Positions 42,840 through 56,010 of a DNA stretch of 64,000 nucleotides are shown piece by piece. The notes below the pieces were generated by a model. It was not told where the DNA came from and ran no database searches. It saw only the letters and a program-made list of their open reading frames with translations. This DNA comes from Eledone cirrhosa (taxonomy: Eukaryota), in assembly GCA_964016885.1 (NCBI GenBank), contig OZ024762.1, positions 29,946,001 to 30,010,000 on the forward strand. The letters are read 5' to 3'. Each line of letters begins with the position of its first letter. Within the stretch, counting starts at the first letter, position 1. Both the position numbers and the translations under genes were made by a program.

Positions 42840-45800
42840 CATGGTATTAGCTGTCAGAAGTCACTCCAATGTTGGTGAGAATTCATTTAAGTTCATGGTA
42901 TTAGCTGTCAGAAGTAACTCCACTGTTGGTGAGAATTCATTTAAGTTCATGGTATTAGCTGTCAGAAGTAACTCCACTGTTGGTGAGAATTCATTTAAGT
43001 TCATGGTATTAGCTGTCAGAAGTAACTCCACTGTTGGTGAGAATTCATTTAAGTTCATGGTATTAGCTGTCAGAAGGAACGCCACTGTTGGTGAGAATTC
43101 ATTTAAGTTCATGGTACTAGCTGTCAGAAGTAACTCCACTGTTGGTGAGAATTCATTTAAGTTCATGGTATTAGTTGTCAGAAGTAAGTCCACTGTTGGT
43201 GAGAATTCATTTAAGTCATGGTATTAGTTGTCAGAAGTAACTCCAATGTTGGTGAGAATTCATTTAAGTTCATGGTACTAGCTGTCAGAAGTAACTCCAC
43301 TGTTGGTGAGAATTCATTTAAGTTCATGGTACTAGCTGTCAGAAGGAACGCCACTGTTGGTGAGAATTCATTTAAGTTCATGGTATTAGCTGTCAGAAGG
43401 AACTCCACTGTTGGTGAGAATTCATTTAAGTTCATGGTATTAGCTGTCAGAAGGAACTCCAATGTTGGTGAGAATTCATTTAAGTCATGGTACTAGCTGT
43501 CAGAAGTAACTCCACTGGTGAGAATTCATTTAAGTTCATGGTATTAGCTGTCAGAAGGAACGCCACTGTTGGTGAGAATTCATTTAAGTTCATGGTATTA
43601 GCTGTCAGAAGTAACTCCACTGTTGGTGAGAATTCATTTAAGTTCATGGTACTAGCTGTCAGAAGTAACTCCAATGTTGGTGAGAATTCATTTAAGTTCA
43701 TGGTATTAGCTGTCAGAAGGAACTCCACTGTTGGTGAGAATTCATTTAAGTTCATGGTATTAGCTGTCAGAAGTAACTCCACTGTTGGTGAGAATTCATT
43801 TAAGTTCATGGTACTAGCTGTCAGAAGTAACTCCACCGTTGGTGAGAATTCAGTTAAGTTCATGGTATTAGTTGTCAGAAGTAACTCCACTGTAGGTGAG
43901 AATTAATTTAAATCATGTTATTAGTTGTCAGAAGTAACTCCAATGTTGGTGAGAATTCATTTAAGTTCATGGTACTAGCTGTCAGAAGTAACTCCACTGT
44001 TGGTGAGAATTCATTTAAGTTCATGGTATTAGCTGTCAGAAGTAACTCCACTGTTGGTGAGAATTCATTTAAGTCATCGTATTAGCTGTCAGAAGTAACT
44101 CCATTGTTGGTGAGAATTCATTTAAGTCATGGTACTAGCTGTCAGAAGTAACTCCACTGTTGGTGAGAATTCATTTAAGTTCAAGGTACTAGCTGTCAGA
44201 AGTAACTCCACTGTTGGTGAGAATTCATTTAAGTTCATGGTACTAGCTGTCAGAAGTAACTCCACTGTTGGTGAGAATTCATTTAAGTTCATGGTACTAG
44301 CTGTCAGAAGTAACTCCACCGTTGGTGAGAATTCAGTTAAGTTCATGGTATTAGTTGTCAGAAGTAACTCCACTGTAGGTGAGAATTAATTTAAATCATG
44401 GTATTAGTTGTCAGAAGTAACTCCAATGTTGGTGAGAATTCATTTAAGTTCATGGTACTAGCTGTCAGAAGTAACTCCACTGTTGGTGAGAATTCATTTA
44501 AGTTCATGGTATTAGCTGTCAGAAGTAACTCCACTGTTGGTGAGAATTCATTTAAGTCATCGTATTAGCTGTCAGAAGTAACTCCATTGTTGGTGAGAAT
44601 TCATTTAAGTCATGGTACTAGCTGTCAGAAGTAACTCCACTGTTGGTGAGAATTCATTTAAGTTCAAGGTACTAGCTGTCAGAAGTAACTCCACTGTTGG
44701 TGAGAATTCATTTAAGTTCATGGTACTAGCTGTCAGAAGTAACTCCACTGTTGGTGAGAATTAATTTAAATCATGGTACTAGCTGTCAGAAGTAACTCCA
44801 CTGTTGGTGAGAATTCATTTAAGTTCATGGTACTAGCTGTCAGAAGTAACTCCAATGTTGGTGAGAATTCATTTAAGTTCATGGTATTAGCTGTCAGAAG
44901 TAACTCCACTGTTGGTGAGAATTCATTTAAGTTCATGGTACTAGCTGTCAGAAGTAACTCCACTGTTGGTGAGAATTCATTTAAGTTCATGGTATTAGCT
45001 GTCAGAAGTAACTCAACTGTTGGTGAGAATTCATTTAAGTTCATGGTATTAGCTGTCAGAAGACACTCCAATGTTGGTGAGAATTCATTTAAGTTCATGG
45101 TATTAGCTGTCAGAAGTAACTCCACTGTTGGTGAGAATTCATTTAAGTTCATGGTATTAGCTGTCAGAAGTAACTCCACTGTTGGTGAGAATTCATTTAA
45201 GTTCATGGTATTAGCTGTCAGAAGTCACTCCAATGTTGGTGAGAATTCATTTAAGTTCATGGTATTAGCTGTCAGAAGTAACTCCACTGTTGGTGAGAAT
45301 TCATTTAAGTTCATGGTATTAGCTGTCAGAAGTAACTCCACTGTTGGTGAGAATTCATTTAAGTTCATGGTATTAGCTGTCAGAAGTAACTCCACTGTTG
45401 GTGAGAATTCATTTAAGTTCATGGTATTAGCTGTCAGAAGGAACGCCACTGTTGGTGAGAATTCATTTAAGTTCATGGTACTAGCTGTCAGAAGTAACTC
45501 CACTGTTGGTGAGAATTCATTTAAGTTCATGGTATTAGTTGTCAGAAGTAAGTCCACTGTTGGTGAGAATTCATTTAAGTCATGGTATTAGTTGTCAGAA
45601 GTAACTCCAATGTTGGTGAGAATTCATTTAAGTTCATGGTACTAGCTGTCAGAAGTAACTCCACTGTTGGTGAGAATTCATTTAAGTTCATGGTACTAGC
45701 TGTCAGAAGGAACGCCACTGTTGGTGAGAATTCATTTAAGTTCATGGTATTAGCTGTCAGAAGGAACTCCACTGTTGGTGAGAATTCATTTAAGTTCATG

Positions 45801-47570
45801 GTATTAGCTGTCAGAAGGAACTCCAATGTTGGTGAGAATTCATTTAAGTCATGGTACTAGCTGTCAGAAGTAACTCCACTGGTGAGAATTCATTTAAGTT
45901 CATGGTATTAGCTGTCAGAAGGAACGCCACTGTTGGTGAGAATTCATTTAAGTTCATGGTATTAGCTGTCAGAAGTAACTCCACTGTTGGTGAGAATTCA
46001 TTTAAGTTCATGGTACTAGCTGTCAGAAGTAACTCCAATGTTGGTGAGAATTCATTTAAGTTCATGGTATTAGCTGTCAGAAGGAACTCCACTGTTGGTG
46101 AGAATTCATTTAAGTTCATGGTATTAGCTGTCAGAAGTAACTCCACTGTTGGTGAGAATTCATTTAAGTTCATGGTACTAGCTGTCAGAAGTAACTCCAC
46201 CGTTGGTGAGAATTCAGTTAAGTTCATGGTATTAGTTGTCAGAAGTAACTCCACTGTAGGTGAGAATTAATTTAAATCATGTTATTAGTTGTCAGAAGTA
46301 ACTCCAATGTTGGTGAGAATTCATTTAAGTTCATGGTACTAGCTGTCAGAAGTAACTCCACTGTTGGTGAGAATTCATTTAAGTTCATGGTATTAGCTGT
46401 CAGAAGTAACTCCACTGTTGGTGAGAATTCATTTAAGTCATCGTATTAGCTGTCAGAAGTAACTCCATTGTTGGTGAGAATTCATTTAAGTCATGGTACT
46501 AGCTGTCAGAAGTAACTCCACTGTTGGTGAGAATTCATTTAAGTTCAAGGTACTAGCTGTCAGAAGTAACTCCACTGTTGGTGAGAATTCATTTAAGTTC
46601 ATGGTACTAGCTGTCAGAAGTAACTCCACTGTTGGTGAGAATTCATTTAAGTTCATGGTACTAGCTGTCAGAAGTAACTCCACCGTTGGTGAGAATTCAG
46701 TTAAGTTCATGGTATTAGTTGTCAGAAGTAACTCCACTGTAGGTGAGAATTAATTTAAATCATGGTATTAGTTGTCAGAAGTAACTCCAATGTTGGTGAG
46801 AATTCATTTAAGTTCATGGTACTAGCTGTCAGAAGTAACTCCACTGTTGGTGAGAATTCATTTAAGTTCATGGTATTAGCTGTCAGAAGTAACTCCACTG
46901 TTGGTGAGAATTCATTTAAGTCATCGTATTAGCTGTCAGAAGTAACTCCATTGTTGGTGAGAATTCATTTAAGTCATGGTACTAGCTGTCAGAAGTAACT
47001 CCACTGTTGGTGAGAATTCATTTAAGTTCAAGGTACTAGCTGTCAGAAGTAACTCCACTGTTGGTGAGAATTCATTTAAGTTCATGGTACTAGCTGTCAG
47101 AAGTAACTCCACTGTTGGTGAGAATTAATTTAAATCATGGTACTAGCTGTCAGAAGTAACTCCACTGTTGGTGAGAATTCATTTAAGTTCATGGTACTAG
47201 CTGTCAGAAGTAACTCCAATGTTGGTGAGAATTCATTTAAGTTCATGGTATTAGCTGTCAGAAGTAACTCCACTGTTGGTGAGAATTCATTTAAGTTCAT
47301 GGTACTAGCTGTCAGAAGTAACTCCACTGTTGGTGAGAATTCATTTAAGTTCATGGTATTAGCTGTCAGAAGTAACTCAACTGTTGGTGAGAATTCATTT
47401 AAGTTCATGGTATTAGCTGTCAGAAGACACTCCAATGTTGGTGAGAATTCATTTAAGTTCATGGTATTAGCTGTCAGAAGTAACTCCACTGTTGGTGAGA
47501 ATTCATTTAAGTTCATGGTATTAGCTGTCAGAAGTAACTCCACTGTTGGTGAGAATTCATTTAAGTTCAT
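42840..47570. repeat. Tandem segmental duplication, period 2,364 bp (44 monomers), each copy holding an internal 483-bp (9-monomer) duplication
   Basis: 3-bp-deleted monomer CACTGGTG 43513/45877; AGACAC 45061/47425; ORF starts 43218/45582, 43487/45851, 44129/46493, 44773/47137. The GTAGGT+TAA landmark repeats at 43906/44389 and 46270/46753 (+483). Confidence 0.9.
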
Positions 47571-49989
47571 GGTATTAGCTGTCAGAAGTAACTCCACTGT
47601 TGGTGAGAATTCATTTAAGTTCATGGTATTAGCTGTCAGAAGGAACTCCAATGTTGGTGAGAATTCATTTACGTCATGGTACTAGCTGTCAGAAGTAACT
47701 CCACTGTTGGTGAGAATTCATTTAAGTTCATGGTATTAGCTGTCAGAAGGAACGCCACTGTTGGTGAGAATTCATTTAAGTTCATGGTACTAGCTGTCAG
47801 AAGTAACTCCAATGTTGGTGAGAATTCATTTAAGTTCATGGTATTAGCTGTCAGAAGTAACTCCACTGTTGGTGAGAATTCATTTAAGTTCATGGTACTA
47901 GCTGTCAGAAGTAACTCCACTGTTGGTGAGAATTCATTTAACTTCATGGTACTAGCTGTCAGAAGTAACTCCACTGTTGGTGAGAATTCATTTAAGTTCA
48001 TGGTACTAGCTGTCAGAAGTAACTCCAATGTTGGTGAGAATTGATTTAAGTTCATGGTATTAGCTGTCAGAAGTAACTCCACTGTTGGTGAGAATTCATT
48101 TAAGTTCATGGTACTAGCTGTCAGAAGTAACTCCACTGTTGGTGAGAATTCATTTAACTTCATGGTACTAGCTGTCAGAAGTAACTCCAATGTTGGTGAG
48201 AATTCATTTAAGTTCATGGTATTAGCTGTCAGAAGTAACTCCACTGTTGGTGAGAATTCATTTAAGTTCATGGTACTAGCTGTCAGAAGTAACTCCACTG
48301 TTGGTGAGAATTCATTTAAGTTCATGGTATTAGCTGTCAGAAGTAACACCACTGTTGGTGAGAAGTCATTTAAGTTCATGGTATTAGCTGTCAGAAGTCA
48401 CTGCAATGTTGGTGAGAATTCATTTAAGTTCATGGTATTAGCTGTCAGAAGTCACTCCACTGTTGGTGAGAATTCATTTAAGTTCATGGTACTAGCTGTC
48501 AGAAGTAACCCCAATGTTGGTGAGAATTCATTTAAGTTCATGGTATTAGCTGTCAGAAGTCACTCCAATGTTGGTGAGAATTCATTTAAGTTCATGGTAT
48601 TAGCTGTCAGAAGTAACTCCACTGTTGGTGAGAATTCATTTAAGTTCATGGTATTAGCTGTCAGAAGTAACTCCACTGTTGGTGAGAATTCATTTAAGTT
48701 CATGGTATTAGCTGTCAGAAGTAACTCCACTGTTGGTGAGAATTCATTTAAGTTCATGGTATTAGCTGTCAGAACGAACGCCACTGTTGGTGAGAATTCA
48801 TTTAAGTTCATGGTACTAGCTGTCAGAAGTAACTCCACTGTTGGTGAGAATTCATTTAAGTTCATGGTATTAGTTGTCAGAAGTAAGTCCACTGTTGGTG
48901 AGAATTCATTTAAGTCATGGTATTAGTTGTCAGAAGTAACTCCAATGTTGGTGAGAATTCATTTAAGTTCATGGTACTAGCTGTCAGAAGTAACTCCACT
49001 GTTGGTGAGAATTCATTTAAGTTCATGGTATTAGCTGTCAGAAGGAACGCCACTGTTGGTGAGAATTCATTTAAGTTCATGGTATTAGCTGTCAGAAGGA
49101 ACTCCACTGTTGGTGAGAATTCATTTAAGTTATTGGTATTAGCTGTCAGAAGTAACTCCACTGTTGGTGAGAATTCATTTAAGTTCATGGTACTAGCTGT
49201 CAGAAGTAACTCCAATGTTGGTGAGAATTCATTTAAGTTCATGGTATTAGCTGTCAGAAGGAACTCCACTGTTGGTGAGAATTCATTTAAGTTCATGGTA
49301 TTAGCTGTCAGAAGGAACTCCACTGTTGGTGAGAATTCATTTAAGTTCATGGTATTAGCTGTCAGAAGTAACTCCACTGTTGGTGAGAATTCATTTAAGT
49401 TCATGGTACTAGTTGTCAGAAGTAACTCCACTGTTGGTGAGAATTCATTTAAGTTCATGGTATTAGTTGTCAGAAGTAACTCCACTGTTGGTGAGAATTC
49501 ATTTAAGTCATGGTATTAGTTGTCAGAAGTAACTCCAATGTTGGTGAGAATTCATTTAAGTCATGGTACTAGCTGTCAGAAGTAACTCCACTGTTGGTGA
49601 GAATTCATTTAAGTTCATGGTACTAGCTGTCAGAAGTAACTCCACTGTTGGTGAGAATTCATTTAAGTTCATGGTATTAGTTTGTTAGAAGTAACTCCAC
49701 TGTTCGTGAGAATTCATTTAAGTCATGGTATTAGTTGTCAGAAGTAACTCCAATGTTGGTGAGAATTCATTTAAGTTCATGGTACTAGCTGTCAGAAGTA
49801 ACTCCACTGTTGGTGAGAATTCATTTAAGTTCATGGTATTAGCTGTCAGAAGTAACTCCACTGTTGGTGAGAATTCATTTAAGTTCATGGTACTAGCTGT
49901 CAGAAGTAACTCCACTGTTGGTGAGAATTCATTTAAGTCATGGTATTAGCTGTCAGAAGTAACTCCAATGTTGGTGAGAATTCATTTAA

Positions 49990-52900
49990 GTCATGGTACT
50001 AGCTGTCAGAAGTAACTCCAATGTTGGTGAGAATTCATTTAAGTTCATGGTATTAGCTGTCAGAAGGAACTCCACTGTTGGTGAGAATTCATTTAAGTTC
50101 ATGGTACTAGCTGTCAGAAGTAACTCCACTGTTGGTGAGAATTCAGTTAAGTTCATGGTACTAGCTGTCAGAAGTAACTCCTCTGTTGGTGAGAATTCAG
50201 TTAAGTTCATGGTATTAGTTGTCAGAAGTAACTCCACTGTTGGTGAGAATTAATTTAAATCATGGTATTAGTTGTCAGAAGTAACTCCAATGTTGGTGAG
50301 AATTCATTTAAGTTCATGGTACTAGCTGTCAGAAGTAACTCCACTGTTGGTGAGAATTCATTTAAGTTCATGGTATTAGCTGTCAGAAGTAACTCCACTG
50401 TTGGTGAGAATTCATTTAAGTCATGGTATTAGCTGTCAGAAGTAACTCCATTGTTGGTGAGAATTCATTTAAGTCATGGTACTAGCTGTCAGAAGTAACT
50501 CCACTGTTGGTGAGAATTCATTTAAGTTCATGGTACTAGCTGTCAGAAGTAACTCCACTGTTGGTGAGAATTCATTTAAGTTCATGGTACTAGCTGTCAG
50601 AAGTAACTACACTGTTGGTGAGAATTCATTTAAGTTCATGGTACTAGCTGTCAGAAGTAACTCCACTGTTGTTGAGAATTCATTTAAGTTCATGGTACTA
50701 GCTGTCAGAAGTAACTCCAATGTTGGTGAGAATTCATTTAAGTTCATGGTATTAGCTGTCAGAAGGAACTCCACTGTTGGTGCGAATTCATTTAAGTTCA
50801 TGGTATTAGCTGTCAGAAGTAACTCCACTGTTGGTGAGAATTCATTTAAGTTCATGGTACTAGTTGTCAGAAGTAACTCCACTGTTGGTGAGAATTCATT
50901 TAAGTTCATGGTACTAGCTGTCAGAAGTAACTCCAATGTTGGTGAGAATTCATTTAAGTTCATGGTATTAGCTGTCAGAAGGAACTCCACTGTTGGTGAG
51001 AATTCATTTAAGTTCATGGTATTAGCTGTCAGAAGTAACTCCACTGTTGGTGAGAATTCATTTAAGTTCATGGTACTAGTTGTCAGAAGTAACTCCACTG
51101 TTGGTGAGAATTCATTTAAGTTCATGGTACTAGCTGTCAGAAGTAACTCCACTGTTGGTGAGAATTCATTTAAGTCATGGTATTAGCTGTCAGAAGTAAC
51201 TCCATTGTTGGTGAGAATTCATTTAAGTCATGGTACTAGCTGTCAGAAGTAACTCCATTGTTGGTGAGAATTCATTTAAGTCATGGTACTAGCTGTCAGA
51301 AGTAACTCCACTGTTGGTGAGAATTCATTTAAGTTCATGGTACTAGCTGTCAGAAGTAACTCCACTGTTGGTGAGAATTCATTTAAGTTCATGGTACTAG
51401 CTGTCAGAAGTAACTCCACTGTTGGTGAGAATTCATTTAAGTTCATGGTACTAGCTGTCAGAAGTAACTCCACTGTTGTTGAGAATTCATTTAAGTTCAT
51501 GGTACTAGCTGTCAGAAGTAACTCCAATGTTGGTGAGAATTCATTTAAGTTCATGGTATTAGCTGTCAGAAGGAACTCCACTGTTGGTGAGAATTCATTT
51601 AAGTTCATGGTATTAGCTGTCAGAAGTAACTCCACTGTTGGTGAGAATTCATTTAAGTTCATGGTACTAGTTGTCAGAAGTAACTCCACTGTTGGTGAGA
51701 ATTCATATAAGTTCATGGTATTAGTTGTCAGAAGTAACTCCACTGTTGGTGAGAATTCATTTAAGTCATGGTATTAGTTGTCAGAAGTAACTCCAATGTT
51801 GGTGAGAATTCATTTAAGTTCATGGTACTAGCTGCCAGAAGTAACTCCACTGTTGGTGAGAATTCATTTAAGTTCATGGTATTAGCTGTCAGAAGTAACT
51901 CCACTGTTGGTGAGAATTCATTTAAGTTGATGGTACTAGCTGTCAGAAGTAACTCCACTGTTGGTGAGAATTCATTTAAGTCATGGTATTAGCTGTCAGA
52001 AGTAACTCCAATGTTGGTGAGAATTCATTTAAGTCATGGTACTAGCTGTCAGAAGTAACTCCAATGTTGGTGAGAATTCATTTAAGTTCATGGTATTAGC
52101 TGTCAGAAGGAACTCCACTGTTGGTGAGAATTCATTTAAGTTCATGGTACTAGCTGTCAGAAGTAACTCCACTGTTGGTGAGAATTCAGTTAAGTTCATG
52201 GTACTAGCTGTCAGAAGTAACTCCTCTGTTGGTGAGAATTCAGTTAAGTTCATGGTATTAGCTGTCAGAAGGAACTCCACTGTTGGTGAGAATTCATTTA
52301 AGTTCATGGTATTAGCTGTCAGAAGTAACTCCACTGTTGGTGAGAATTCATTTAAGTTCATGGTACTAGCAGTCAGAAGTAACTCCACTGTTGGTGAGAA
52401 TTCATTTAAGTTCATGGTACTAGCTGTCAGAAGTAACTACACTGTTGGTGAGAATTCATTTATGTTCATGGTATTAGTTGTCAGAAGTAACTCCTCTGCT
52501 GGTGAGAATTAATTTAAATCATGGTATTAGTTGTCAGAAGTAACTCCAATGTTGGTGAGAATTCATTTAAGTTCATGGTACTAGCTGTCAGAAGTAACTC
52601 CACTGTTGGTGAGAATTCATTTAAGTTCATGGTATTAGCTGTCAGAAGTAACTCCACTGTTGGTGAGAATTCATTTAAGTCATGGTATTAGCTGTCAGAA
52701 GTAACTCCATTGTTGGTGAGAATTCATTTAAGTCATGGTACTAGCTGTCAGAAGTAACTCCACTGTTGGTGAGAATTCATTTAAGTTCATGGTACTAGCT
52801 GTCAGAAGTAACTCCACTGTTGGTGAGAATTCATTTAAGTTCATGGTACTAGCTGTCAGAAGTAACTCCACTGTTGGTGAGAATTCATTTAAGTTCATGG

Positions 52901-55900
52901 TACTAGCTGTCAGAAGTAACTCCACTGTTGGTGAGAATTCATTTAAGTTCATGGTACTAGCTGTCAGAAGTAACTCCAATGTTGGTGAGAATTCATTTAA
53001 GTCATGGTACTAGCTGTCAGAAGTAACTCCAATGTTGGTGAGAATTCATTTAAGTTCATGGTATTAGCTGTCAGAAGGAACTCCACTGTTGGTGAGAATT
53101 CATTTAAGTTCATGGTACTAGCTGTCAGAAGTAACTCCACTGTTGGTGAGAATTCAGTTAAGTTCATGGTACTAGCTGTCAGAAGTAACTCCTCTGTTGG
53201 TGAGAATTCAGTTAAGTTCATGGTATTAGTTGTCAGAAGTAACTCCACTGTTGGTGAGAATTAATTTAAATCATGGTATTAGTTGTCAGAAGTAACTCCA
53301 ATGTTGGTGAGAATTCATTTAAGTTCATGGTACTAGCTGTCAGAAGTAACTCCACTGTTGGTGAGAATTCATTTAAGTTCATGGTATTAGCTGTCAGAAG
53401 TAACTCCACTGTTGGTGAGAATTCATTTAAGTCATGGTATTAGCTGTCAGAAGTAACTCCATTGTTGGTGAGAATTCATTTAAGTCATGGTACTAGCTGT
53501 CAGAAGTAACTCCACTGTTGGTGAGAATTCATTTAAGTTCATGGTACTAGCTGTCAGAAGTAACTCCACTGTTGGTGAGAATTCATTTAAGTTCATGGTA
53601 CTAGCTGTCAGAAGTAACTACACTGTTGGTGAGAATTCATTTAAGTTCATGGTACTAGCTGTCAGAAGTAACTCCACTGTTGTTGAGAATTCATTTAAGT
53701 TCATGGTACTAGCTGTCAGAAGTAACTCCAATGTTGGTGAGAATTCATTTAAGTTCATGGTATTAGCTGTCAGAAGGAACTCCACTGTTGGTGCGAATTC
53801 ATTTAAGTTCATGGTATTAGCTGTCAGAAGTAACTCCACTGTTGGTGAGAATTCATTTAAGTTCATGGTACTAGTTGTCAGAAGTAACTCCACTGTTGGT
53901 GAGAATTCATTTAAGTTCATGGTACTAGCTGTCAGAAGTAACTCCAATGTTGGTGAGAATTCATTTAAGTTCATGGTATTAGCTGTCAGAAGGAACTCCA
54001 CTGTTGGTGAGAATTCATTTAAGTTCATGGTATTAGCTGTCAGAAGTAACTCCACTGTTGGTGAGAATTCATTTAAGTTCATGGTACTAGTTGTCAGAAG
54101 TAACTCCACTGTTGGTGAGAATTCATTTAAGTTCATGGTACTAGCTGTCAGAAGTAACTCCACTGTTGGTGAGAATTCATTTAAGTCATGGTATTAGCTG
54201 TCAGAAGTAACTCCATTGTTGGTGAGAATTCATTTAAGTCATGGTACTAGCTGTCAGAAGTAACTCCATTGTTGGTGAGAATTCATTTAAGTCATGGTAC
54301 TAGCTGTCAGAAGTAACTCCACTGTTGGTGAGAATTCATTTAAGTTCATGGTACTAGCTGTCAGAAGTAACTCCACTGTTGGTGAGAATTCATTTAAGTT
54401 CATGGTACTAGCTGTCAGAAGTAACTCCACTGTTGGTGAGAATTCATTTAAGTTCATGGTACTAGCTGTCAGAAGTAACTCCACTGTTGTTGAGAATTCA
54501 TTTAAGTTCATGGTACTAGCTGTCAGAAGTAACTCCAATGTTGGTGAGAATTCATTTAAGTTCATGGTATTAGCTGTCAGAAGGAACTCCACTGTTGGTG
54601 AGAATTCATTTAAGTTCATGGTATTAGCTGTCAGAAGTAACTCCACTGTTGGTGAGAATTCATTTAAGTTCATGGTACTAGTTGTCAGAAGTAACTCCAC
54701 TGTTGGTGAGAATTCATTTAAGTTCATGGTATTAGTTGTCAGAAGTAACTCCACTGTTGGTGAGAATTCATTTAAGTCATGGTATTAGTTGTCAGAAGTA
54801 ACTCCAATGTTGGTGAGAATTCATTTAAGTTCATGGTACTAGCTGCCAGAAGTAACTCCACTGTTGGTGAGAAATCATTTAAGTTCATGGTATTAGCTGT
54901 CAGAAGTAACTCCACTGTTGGTGAGAATTCATTTAAGTTGATGGTACTAGCTGTCAGAAGTAACTCCACTGTTGGTGAGAATTCATTTAAGTCATGGTAT
55001 TAGCTGTCAGAAGTAACTCCAATGTTGGTGAGAATTCATTTAAGTCATGGTACTAGCTGTCAGAAGTAACTCCAATGTTGGTGAGAATTCATTTAAGTTC
55101 ATGGTATTAGCTGTCAGAAGGAACTCCACTGTTGGTGAGAATTCATTTAAGTTCATGGTACTAGCTGTCAGAAGTAACTCCACTGTTGGTGAGAATTCAG
55201 TTAAGTTCATGGTACTAGCTGTCAGAAGTAACTCCTCTGTTGGTGAGAATTCAGTTAAGTTCATGGTATTAGCTGTCAGAAGGAACTCCACTGTTGGTGA
55301 GAATTCATTTAAGTTCATGGTATTAGCTGTCAGAAGTAACTCCACTGTTGGTGAGAATTCATTTAAGTTCATGGTACTAGCAGTCAGAAGTAACTCCACT
55401 GTTGGTGAGAATTCATTTAAGTTCATGGTACTAGCTGTCAGAAGTAACTACACTGTTGGTGAGAATTCATTTATGTTCATGGTATTAGTTGTCAGAAGTA
55501 ACTCCTCTGCTGGTGAGAATTAATTTAAATCATGGTATTAGTTGTCAGAAGTAACTCCAATGTTGGTGAGAATTCATTTAAGTTCATGGTACTAGCTGTC
55601 AGAAGTAACTCCACTGTTGGTGAGAATTCATTTAAGTTCATGGTATTAGCTGTCAGAAGTAACTCCACTGTTGGTGAGAATTCATTTAAGTCATGGTATT
55701 AGCTGTCAGAAGTAACTCCATTGTTGGTGAGAATTCATTTAAGTCATGGTACTAGCTGTCAGAAGTAACTCCACTGTTGGTGAGAATTCATTTAAGTTCA
55801 TGGTACTAGCTGTCAGAAGTAACTCCACTGTTGGTGAGAATTCATTTAAGTTCATGGTACTAGCTGTCAGAAGTAACTCCACTGTTGGTGAGAATTCATT

Positions 55901-56010
55901 TAAGTTCATGGTACTAGCTGTCAGAAGTAACTCCACTGTTGGTGAGAATTCATTTAAGTTCATGGTACTAGCTGTCAGAAGTAACTCCAATGTTGGTGAG
56001 AATTCATTTA
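49990..56010. repeat. Tandem segmental duplication, period 3,011 bp (56 monomers)
   Basis: ORF starts 49993/53004, 50476/53487, 51283/54294, 51768/54779, 52036/55047, 52735/55746. Shared rare variants GGTGCGAAT, AAGTTGATG, GCAGTC, TTTATGTTC and TCCTCTGCTGG. Confidence 0.9.
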
